This document shows positions 54,224-64,000 of a DNA stretch of 64,000 nucleotides, piece by piece. Under the pieces are notes generated by a model. The model saw only the letters and a program-made list of their open reading frames with translations, had not been told where the DNA came from and did no database searches. The translations under genes were made by a program, and so were the position numbers. This DNA comes from Octopus sinensis (Eukaryota): the NCBI RefSeq assembly GCF_006345805.1, contig NC_043000.1:38316001-38380000 (forward strand), given 5' to 3'. The stretch's first letter is position 1, and each line of letters opens with the position of its first letter.

Positions 54224-54723
54224 TAATCGCAGATTAATAAAGTGTGTATACATATCTATAAGGATGCGAGAATTCACGCAACGCTGGGTATTTGTGTGAC
54301 ACATGTCTATACACATTCGTATTCATGCAGCTTTAATACATTCTCTAAATGTATTCTATATTTGTATAAAAAGTCGTGTGTTTACATACCTATTTATGTA
54401 TATTCACTTTATATACACATAGGCTCGGGTGTGGCTGTGTGGTAGGAAGTTTGCTTCCCAAACACATGGTCGCAGCTTCAATCCCACTGCGTGGTACCTT
54501 GGGCAAGTGTTTTCTAATATAAGCCTCGGGACAACCAAGCATTGTGAGTGGATTTGGTAGTCGGAAACTGTAACAATCCCATCGTATATATATATATGTA
54601 TATATATATGTGTATGTATATATATATATATATATATATTATCTATATATATATATATATACACCTATATTAGACATATATATATATACATACATATTTG
54701 CATACACATATATATATATATTA

Positions 54724-54761
<38 letters not shown>

Positions 54762-54796
54762 TATATTATTTATATATATTTTATATATATATATAT

Positions 54797-55010
54797 AGTA
54801 GTTAATCCAAACAAGAAAACACAAAAAAACACAACCCGCGAGGACGGGAACAAATATAGTATTATTGGACGCTCAGGAAAGAAGGAAAGAAGGAGGGTTC
54901 AACGTTTCGAGCGGAGCTTCTCGTCGGAAACATAGGAGAAGGACGATCCAGAGAAGGGAAGACAGAACAAAAAAATCGCCAACGGTACACACGAGATCAC
55001 ATTTTGAAAT
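54797..55010 (-). mobile_element. Family P1 hammerhead element, second copy
   Basis: Reverse complement of 27885-28126. Motif at 54897-54931. Bounded by (TA)n on both sides. Confidence 0.72.
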
Positions 55011-55123
55011 GTAATGTATATATATATATATATATATACATAACATATATGGTTTTAATTGATTAATATCAATTTCTACCCTTATTCAATTTTATATATA
55101 CATATAATACATATATATAGGCA

Positions 55124-55223
55124 NNNNNNNNNNNNNNNNNNNNNNNNNNNNNNNNNNNNNNNNNNNNNNNNNNNNNNNNNNNNNNNNNNNNNNNNNNNNN
55201 NNNNNNNNNNNNNNNNNNNNNNN
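55124..55223. other. Assembly gap (100 N)
   Basis: Run of exactly 100 N, a typical unsized scaffold gap. Confidence 0.99.
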
Positions 55224-55692
55224 ATTTGACACACTCACCTGAATTTCCCATTCACGATTCCATATTCTCAGACCTCTCGAAGATGCATTCTTGACTCTAT
55301 TTCAATCCGTGGAAGCTAAATCGCCATTATCAATCGCAGAAAATTCAGGAAGAACAAGAAAGGTCATAGCACTGCCCTTCTTGCATAGTGAAAATACCGT
55401 TGGCCATGCCTACCCATGCCTGTGCATATATTTGCGGTTTGGCAGAGAGAACTGTCACTGTACGACGACAGCTTGACGGGGAATTGCCTCCTCCATCTTC
55501 ACATTTTTCTTCTCTTATTGATGTTAGTCATTGCTCCATTAGTTTTTTGAGAGAGGAGGAAATTTTCATAACGTAGATATGCACAATACGCACAGACTGC
55601 TGTCTATATATTATATAAATATATATATACAAACACACACACCTACAGATAGATAGATAGATAGATAGTTATATGCCACAAATTTATGATGA

Positions 55693-55734
<42 letters not shown>

Positions 55735-56092
55735 CATATAACATATATATATAAATATATTATATGATGTATTTATATGTATATATATGTATGTATATGC
55801 ATGTAGGTATGTATGTATGTATATATGTACATATGTATATATGTATATATATATATATATATATAGATATTAATAGAGCAAGAGAGAGGGAGAGGACAGG
55901 AGAGACAAAGCGATCTCAGTTTGCACACATCTACACACACAATGCATGTATCTGTTTGCACTTATGTGTATGCATAAATATATTTGTGTGTGTGTGTGTG
56001 TACATACATATAGATATATACATATATATGGATATACATATATATATATGTATGAGTTTATATATTATATATATATAAAAACATGTATATAT

Positions 56093-56138
<46 letters not shown>

Positions 56139-56694
56139 TATATAATATATATATATACTCATATAAATGGTATATGTAATATTTCTCACATATCAGATCA
56201 GATGACAGAGAATATATAATTGTAAATTTGATATGCGATAGATATGTGCCAACATGGACTGTCCTAAGAAAGATGAATATCAAATCTATAAAGAGCAAAA
56301 CATTTAATATGAAACCATCCATACAGACCTCAAACGCCTCATCCAATAACATTTTATGTGTTCGGTCAGCAATTAGATGAGTTTTGATGTTGCTCTCGTT
56401 TTTTTTCCTTTCCTTTTTGTCAAAGTAAATCAGTTTATGCGAACATGACGGTCACTGAAAACAACTTCAACATCGCCATTACATTTGGAGATAACTATCA
56501 TCATTATCCAAATATCCCTGTAGTGTCGTGCGTGCGTGTGCGTGTGTGCGTGTGTTCATGTGTGTGTGTGTGTGTGTGTGTGTGGTGTGTTAGATGTTAT
56601 CCACACGCCCACTGAGGTAATTATTACTCATGAGGTGCGTATTGCTGAAGATGGAGACTCATACGAATGCATACATACATATCCCCTTTTATTC

Positions 56695-57052
56695 GCTTTT
56701 TCTTGTTTTAGTCATTTGACTGCGGCCATGCTGGAGCACGGCCCTTAGTCGGGTAAATCGAAATCCAGGACTTATTCTTTGGAAGCCTAGTACTTATACT
56801 ATCGGTCTCTTTTGCCGAAATGCTAGGTTACGAGGTCTTAAACTCACCAGCATCAGTTGTCAAGCGATATTGGGGAGACAAGCACAGACACACACACAAA
56901 CACAGTTTCAGTTTCCGTCTACCAAATCCACTCACAAGGCTTTAATCGGCTCGAGGCTATAGTAGGAGACACTTGCCCAAGGTGCCACGCAGTGGGACTG
57001 AACCCGGAACCATGTGGTTGGTAAGCTACTTACCACACAGCCACTTCTGCGC
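56695..57052 (-). mobile_element. SINE family A
   Basis: AGTCATTTGACTGCGGCCATGCTGGAGCAC...CTTGCCCAAGGTGCCACGCAGTGGGACTGAACCCGG. Confidence 0.9.
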
Positions 57053-57099
57053 ACTCACACACACACATACACACACGCACGCACAAATATATATGGTTG

Positions 57100-57430
57100 T
57101 GTGAAAGCAGATGGCTCCGTGTTTAGGACGTCGAGTTCACTGTCACAAATTACTGAGTTCGATTCCTGGAGTGAACTGTGTGTTTGATTAACGTTGCTCC
57201 GTTTCGCGCAGATGTAGAAATGAGTTGAGAGGTCTCTGGCACCGAGCTGTGTCGGGCTTTGTCTTCGCCTTGGACAACATCGATGGCATCGAGAAGGGAG
57301 GCAGGTACGCATGGGTGACTGGTGCTCTTCCATAAAAAACCGCGCTCGGAATTGTGCTTCGAAAGGGAACTTTTTAGAAGCAATCCCATGGTCATATATG
57401 ACCGAAATGGGTCTTTACACTTTACCCTAT
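57100..57430 (+). mobile_element. Diverged tRNA-derived SINE
   Basis: TGGCTCCGTGTTTAGG A-box-like and GAGTTCGATTCCTG B-box, non-coding GC-richer body. Confidence 0.55.
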
Positions 57431-57485
57431 ATAAGGATTTATGAAATGAATACTATGGAAATACAAATATGCTCATATATATATA

Positions 57486-58010
57486 CTAGCAGTATCGCCC
57501 GGCGCTGCCCGGTTTGTAAGGGAAATAACTATATAAGCATTTTTAGAGAGTTACTTCCCTTATAGATGCCAATTCGGGCTTTCTTAGCCATTTCTGCTTT
57601 GGTGTCTTCAAGCCATGAAGTCGTTGTTCTAAAAGAACGCTGGTCTCCTTGACAACGCTTTACGACGTTAATTTCCTTACAATCCCTTCCCCACAGCTTC
57701 ACGAGATGAGAAGGGAAGGAGGGAGAGGGGGAGAAGCAAACAGGTGCAGTGTGTGACCATGGACGCCAACTCCGCCGCCATCGACACACGAAAAATTATG
57801 CATTAAATGGAAATAATAAAAAATGATGTTAAATTATTTTTAAAAATCGTAGACTCATCGTAGACGCGCGCGGTAATACTCAGACGGGCTCGATATCAAT
57901 CACGACTATAAGATACCCGAATTTGGTTAAACTGCACCGCAAAATGTGCGGAGTAGTTAAGAATCTAAATCGAAGGGGACAGACACCACACAACTAGTTT
58001 TATATATATT
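57486..58010 (-). mobile_element. Helitron family H1, full-length copy
   Basis: Reverse complement of 1230-1742 including CTAG (57486-57489) and the GC-rich subterminal motif. Confidence 0.88.
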
Positions 58011-58128
58011 ATATAATATATATATTATATATATATATAATATATTATATATATACAAATACACACACACACAAACACACACACTATATATATATATATT
58101 ATATATATATATTAATATATATGTAATT

Positions 58129-58567
58129 ATTCGGGCTTTCTTAGCCATTTCTGCTTGGGTCTTCAAGCCATGAAGTCGTTGTTCTAAAAGAACGCTGGTC
58201 TCCTTGACAACGCTTACGACGTTAATTTCCTTACAATCCCTTCCCCACAGCTTCACGAGGGAAGGGAAGAAGGGGGGAAGAAGCAGAAGAAGCAAACAGG
58301 TGCAGGGGTGACCATGGACGCCAACTCCGCCGCCATCGACACCACGAAAAATTATGCATTAAAATGGAATAAAAAATTATGTAAAATTATTTTAAAAATC
58401 GTAGACTCATCGTAGACGCGCGCTAATACTCAGACGGGCTCGATATCAATCACGACTATAAGATATCCGATTTGGTTTAACTGCACCGCAAAATGTGGGA
58501 GTAGTAGTTAAGAATCTAAATCGAAGGGGACAGACACTCACACAACTACAGTTTTATAATATATAGA
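58129..58567 (-). mobile_element. Helitron family H1, copy lacking the 3' end
   Basis: Matches 57572-58010 with many 1-3 bp indels. 5' TC at 58567-58566. Confidence 0.8.
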
Positions 58568-58691
58568 TCTATATATATATATATATATAATATATACAAT
58601 ACACACACACACGCACACACACACACACCACAATATATATATAATATATATATATATATGTAATATGTGACAATTTTTTTCGGTATAGCAC

Positions 58692-58746
58692 ATAAAACTA
58701 GTTTCGGATGCCGTGGTGGAAATCCACGCGCTATTTCTTCAGTTAT
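58692..58746 (-). ncRNA. Hammerhead motif in a ~90-bp island between (TA)n tracts
   Basis: AUAA-CUGAAGA-...CGUGG...CCACG...-GAA-ACUAGU-U/UUAU. Palindromic helix III, imperfect helix II base. Confidence 0.58.
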
Positions 58747-58765
58747 CCGGCCACCAGATATATAC

Positions 58766-58865
<100 letters not shown>

Positions 58866-59440
58866 GGAGAGAGAGAGAGAAGTAACTCCGTAAGACCTTA
58901 GGTGTAATCCTGTGTAAATCCAAGATAGTTAAAGCCCTAATAGTGTAAATATCCAAACCTAGACGCAAACGTATCAACGATCAGTAACAAAATGGTAACG
59001 AAGGTGGCTATTAAATGGTAAAAAAGATAGAAGGATAAATACATGGAAAAAGAGTTGGAGACAGTGCGGGAGTTATTTACCGTTTCTCTAAGCTGCAGGG
59101 ACGTAAACAATCCAACACCGGTTATAAATCAGTGGAGGGACAACCAGAACGCAAGCAAAAAGTCACATACTTACATACATACATACATACATACATACAT
59201 GTTTATATATATGTATATATAAAACTAATGCAGATAAAATTATTTTCGAAAAAAAAAATTTTATCAATGGCCAGCATATCAAAAAATACCTTTAAAGGTT
59301 AAATTCATAAATAACTTACAAAATAAGGGCAAAAGAAAAATTCTAATGCCAAATATGCCGAAAATAAAGAAAAAATTGTCAATGACCATTATAAGTTATG
59401 CGTCTCGAAACAAACCGATAGAAATTTCTAAAAAATCCGT

Positions 59441-59506
59441 TATTACAGTATTAGTCCCAATTTCGGGGTTAATTCATAACAATTTTCCCCTCTTCACCGA
59501 TAAATA
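59441..59506 (-). ncRNA. Degenerate hammerhead motif
   Basis: GUGAAGA-GGGG...CCCC-GAA-AUUGG-GA-CUAAU-A/CUGUAAUA. C3 is altered and helix I is imperfect. Confidence 0.5.
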
Positions 59507-59681
59507 CGTAAGGCATAAATGAAATACATACTCATACCCATGGAAAAAGCAAGCAGTAAGTCCTGAGCAGACCTAAGTACCCCAATATATCCCAAAAGTT
59601 ATTTATATGTACGTGTATATATATATATATATAATATATTATATATATATATATATATTATTATATATTATATATAATTAT

Positions 59682-60553
59682 GTGAAATAGAAAGATGAAT
59701 CTCTTGTAGTAGATTAATCAAAGTTTAACCGATACTTAGCAGCAAAAATCACTCAGCAGTAAACAGCACGGTGGAGGTACAAACCATATGGTGTTGCAAC
59801 CGTGCGTTGGTGCGGAAATTGAAAATTAAAACATTATTGGTGAATTGAAGAATGAGCTGAACGCAGATTGAACAGAAATCGTTTTATTTCATTCTACACG
59901 TGTTTCGAAAGGCACAAATTACCAAAACGATTGAATAATGGGACCATATGTGTCTTTCTCTTCAGGAAGAAAATAGGAAATCCGTTGGAAAAACAAAAAC
60001 AGGAACAGAGGCGGAGCAAAAAAAATCGAACTATGCTCCTAAGAGCCCATGGCGAAACTGTTTATCAGTGTATGTTGAGAACCGGTGGCTGAAGAATTTA
60101 ACGGGTCAGGCATCGGTCAATCATGTGGGTGAGGGTGTGTGGGTTGTTCTTTGTGACCGAGAATAAAGTTCTGACTATTTAAGGAATATTGAGTGTTTTA
60201 TAAGGGGCGAGAAAAAATCTACTTAGAGACGTGTGTGTATGTGTATCTGTTCTATATATGTGTGTTGGCGTCGAGTAGGGGTAGAAAACATTTTTTGTGT
60301 ACGTGTGTGCGTTTGATCGTTCGGCTGTCAGTGGCTACTGCCGCGAGAACCGATTTGTTTTTGCTCCGCCTCTGTTCTGTTTTTGTTTTTCCAACGGATT
60401 TCCTATTTTCTTCCTGAAGAGAAAGACACAATATGGTCCCATTATTCAATCGGATTTTGGTAATTGGTGCCTTTCGAAACACGTGTAGAATGAAATAAAC
60501 GATTTCGTTTCAATCTGCGTTCAGCTCATTTCTTCAATTCACCAATAATGTTT

Positions 60554-60554
<1 letters not shown>
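59682..60554 (-). mobile_element. Hammerhead-bearing element family P5 with inverted duplication, between (TA)n tracts
   Basis: Inverted repeats ~59827-60030 / ~60350-60554, each with the ribozyme motif. Confidence 0.8.
60405..60496 (+). ncRNA. Type I hammerhead ribozyme, intact core (mirror copy 59886-59974 on minus)
   Basis: AUUUUCUUC-CUGAAGA-GAAAG-ACAC...GUGC-CUUUC-GAA-ACACGUGU-A/GAAUGAAAU. Palindromic helix III, GUA site after 60487. Confidence 0.85.
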
Positions 60555-60590
<36 letters not shown>

Positions 60591-60613
60591 TATATATATA
60601 TATGATATATATA

Positions 60614-60658
<45 letters not shown>

Positions 60659-60661
<3 letters not shown>

Positions 60662-60799
60662 CGTAGGAGTGGCTGTGTGGTAGGTAGCTTGTATACCAAC
60701 CACATGAATCCGGGTCAGTCCACGGGTGGCATCATGGGTAAGTGTCTTCTACTATCGCCTGTGAGTGGATTTGGTAGATAGAAACTGAAACAAGCGACG

Positions 60800-60842
<43 letters not shown>

Positions 60843-61050
60843 TATTTATGTGTATGTGTGTGTATATGTTTGTGTGTCTGCCTTTGTCACCCCAACATTG
60901 CTTGACAACCGATGCTGGTGTATTTACATCCCCGTAACTTAGCTGTTCAGCAAAAGAGACCGATAGGATAAGTACTAGTCGATTTGCTCGACTAAAGGCG
61001 GTGCTCCAGCATGGCCACACTCACATGACTGAAACAAGTAAAAAGTAAAA
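60659..61050 (+). mobile_element. SINE family A
   Basis: GGCGTAGGAGTGGCTGTGTGG head, AAAGGCGGTGCTCCAGCATGGCCACAC...ACTGAAACAAGTAAAA tail. Confidence 0.9.
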
Positions 61051-61091
61051 GTATATATAATATATATATATGTATATATATATATATAATT

Positions 61092-61122
<31 letters not shown>

Positions 61123-61172
61123 TATATGTACTATATATATATATACACATACATATATATATATACAAACAC

Positions 61173-61213
<41 letters not shown>

Positions 61214-61456
61214 GAATATATGTGTGCGTGTCACACACACACAATATATATACAAATACTTATGAATACATATGTAATTGTATACACAGATATCTATCTG
61301 TCCCTCTAGCTATCTGTCTATCTATCTATCTATCTATCTAGAAATATATGTGTGTGTGTACATATACATATAACCTTACATACATATATATATACATATT
61401 CAGACTGACAGGCGAATAGGCAGACAGACTGACCGACAGAGAGATGGATAGAAAGG

Positions 61457-61457
<1 letters not shown>

Positions 61458-61518
<61 letters not shown>

Positions 61519-61519
61519 C

Positions 61520-61593
<74 letters not shown>
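61458..61593. repeat. (GATA)n microsatellite
   Basis: Directly visible. Confidence 0.97.
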
Positions 61594-61887
61594 CAGCTTG
61601 TTTCTGTATTTGTTGTTGCTGATATGAAAGGTTTTGATTCCCGCGATATCTGTAAATCTCTAACCTCGTATACTTCCTGTTATGTCATACGAAACCGGAA
61701 ACCCTGACCTCTGTCACCCTCGTCAGTTTCCAATTAGCGCGCATCCCGCACCCGCGCACATACACACATACACATACACTTTCGCACACACATAGTGTGT
61801 CACACAAAAGCACACATTGTTATTCACACTTGAACACGATACCCATGGAGAAAGAGGTGCATGCGTATGCACGCAGTCACAAGTGCA

Positions 61888-63848
61888 CACACACACACGC
61901 ACAAGCACATAAACACACACACACACGCGTACACAATATTCATACATCGTCACATATATGCGGATACACATCGCCATACACACAGAGACATGCATATATG
62001 CAGACACACACACATACACACACGCATACACATCGATATTCGCATATGTATACGACGCTCATACAGTCTTTCTTGCTTGCTTTCCCATATTCACACACAC
62101 ACACACACAAACAACCACACAAGCGCACACTTATTCAGCGCCGCAGACATCGATATGCACACACAAAAAAATACACTCTCGTGCGCGCACGCAATGACAG
62201 AGGCTTTGAAATAGTGAAACACCCGCAGATTTAGGCGCACACACCCACACACACACACACTGACACACACACACACACACACTGGCATACACACACACAC
62301 TGGCATACACGCACACACTGGCATGCACACACACACTGGCATATAGACACACACACACACTGGCATATAGACACACACACACACTGGCATATAGACACAC
62401 ACACACACTGGCATACACACACACTGGCATAAACACACGCACACACTGGCATACACACACACTGGCATATAGACACAACTGGCATAACCACACACACACA
62501 CACAGGCGAAACATACGTTGACACAAGCGCATTTCCATGCACACACCCTAACCCTATCGCATTCTGACGCATGTGCGCACCACATACACACTCACACATT
62601 CACACACACACCCATACACACAGCCACATACACACACGCATTGATACACTAGCGCACTTCCATGCACATACTCTAACCGTCTGGCGTATGTGCTCACGCA
62701 CTACCATACTCACACATTCACATACTTATACACGCAAACACTGGCGCGCGTGCACGCACACACACACACAAACAGGCACACACATGCACACTCTCACACA
62801 CAAGCGCACTTGCATGCACACACTCTAACCTTTCACGCTCTGACGTCTGTGATCTCACACACACACGCACAAGCACATCAACACCACACACCACGCGTAC
62901 ACAATATTCATACATCGTCACATATATGCGGATACACATCGCCATACACACAGAGACATGCATATATGCAGACAACACACAAACACATACACACACATAC
63001 ACATCGATATTCGCATATGTTACGACGTCATACAGTCTTTCTTGCTTGCTTTCCCATATTCCACACACCACACACAAACAACCACACAAGCGCACACTTA
63101 TTCAGCGCCGCAGACATCGATATGCACACACAAAAAAATACACTCTCGTGCGCACGCAATGACAGAGGCTTTGAAATAGTGAAACACCGCAGATTTAGGC
63201 GCACACCCCCACACACACACACACTGACACACACACACACACACACTGGCATACACACACACACTGGCCATACACGCACACACTGGCATGCACAACACAC
63301 TGGCATATAGACACCACACACACACACTGGCATATAGACACACACAACACACACTGGCATATAAACACACACACACACTGGCATACAACACACACACTGG
63401 CATAAACACACGCACACACTGGCATACACACACACTGGCATATAGACACACACTGGCATACACACACACACACACACAGGCGAATACATACGTTGACACA
63501 AGCGCATTTCCATGCACACCACCTAACCCTATCGCATTCTGACGCATGTGCGCACACACTACCACACTCACACATTCACACACACACCCATACACACAGC
63601 CACATACACACACGCATTGATACACTAGCGCACTTCATGCACATACTCTAACCGTCTGCGTATGTGCTCACGCACTACCATACTCACACTTCACATACTT
63701 ATACAAAACGCAAACACTGGCGCGCGTGCACGCACACACACACACAAACAGGCACACACATGCACACTCTCACACACAAGCGCACTTGCATGCACACACT
63801 CTAACCCTTTCACGCTCTGACGTCTGTGATCTCACACACACACGCACA
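61888..63848. repeat. ~970-bp CA-rich tandem duplication containing a CACACTGGCATA minisatellite
   Basis: GCGTACACAATATTCATACATCGTCACATATATGCGG at ~61927 and ~62895. CTCTGACGTCTGTGATCTC at ~62838 and ~63815. Confidence 0.9.
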
Positions 63849-64000
63849 CTTACACACACACACTTACACACACACACTTACACACGTACACACTCATAAA
63901 CACATCAATGAATCAGCTTCTTATTACACGTGATTGAATCATCACCAAACTTTTCTCTTCCTATCAATTATTTGTATCGAGAAGATTACCTCCTTTCATC

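Noticed and set aside
62091-63625. Cys-rich ORFs resembling metallothionein or keratin-associated proteins
   Set aside because: They derive from a (TG)n-based minisatellite and all three minus frames are open.

Overview
Repeat-saturated, AT-rich eukaryotic DNA with no intact host gene that I can support. The SINE sequences and microsatellite load look like an octopus (coleoid cephalopod) genome, which is my inference from recognition. Almost all ORF-track entries are translations of microsatellites. Real coding remnants are all dead retrotransposons: a 5'-truncated CR1-group LINE (3010-5903), two convergent R4/Dong-type RLE elements (13649-16030), another RLE 3' end (31403-31752) and two RTE fragments. 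There are also non-autonomous Helitrons, a Tc1/mariner MITE, many tRNA-derived SINEs of at least 4 families and a 100-N gap. The most striking signal is about ten sequence-unrelated short elements that each carry a minimal type I hammerhead ribozyme (CUGAnGA...GAAA, palindromic helix III) of the kind known from Penelope-like elements. Most sit in (TA)n tracts, often as inverted pairs. One family joins a tRNA-derived Pol III head to a hammerhead tail and is a candidate Penelope-mobilised ribozyme SINE. All alignments and folds were done by eye, so boundaries are approximate.
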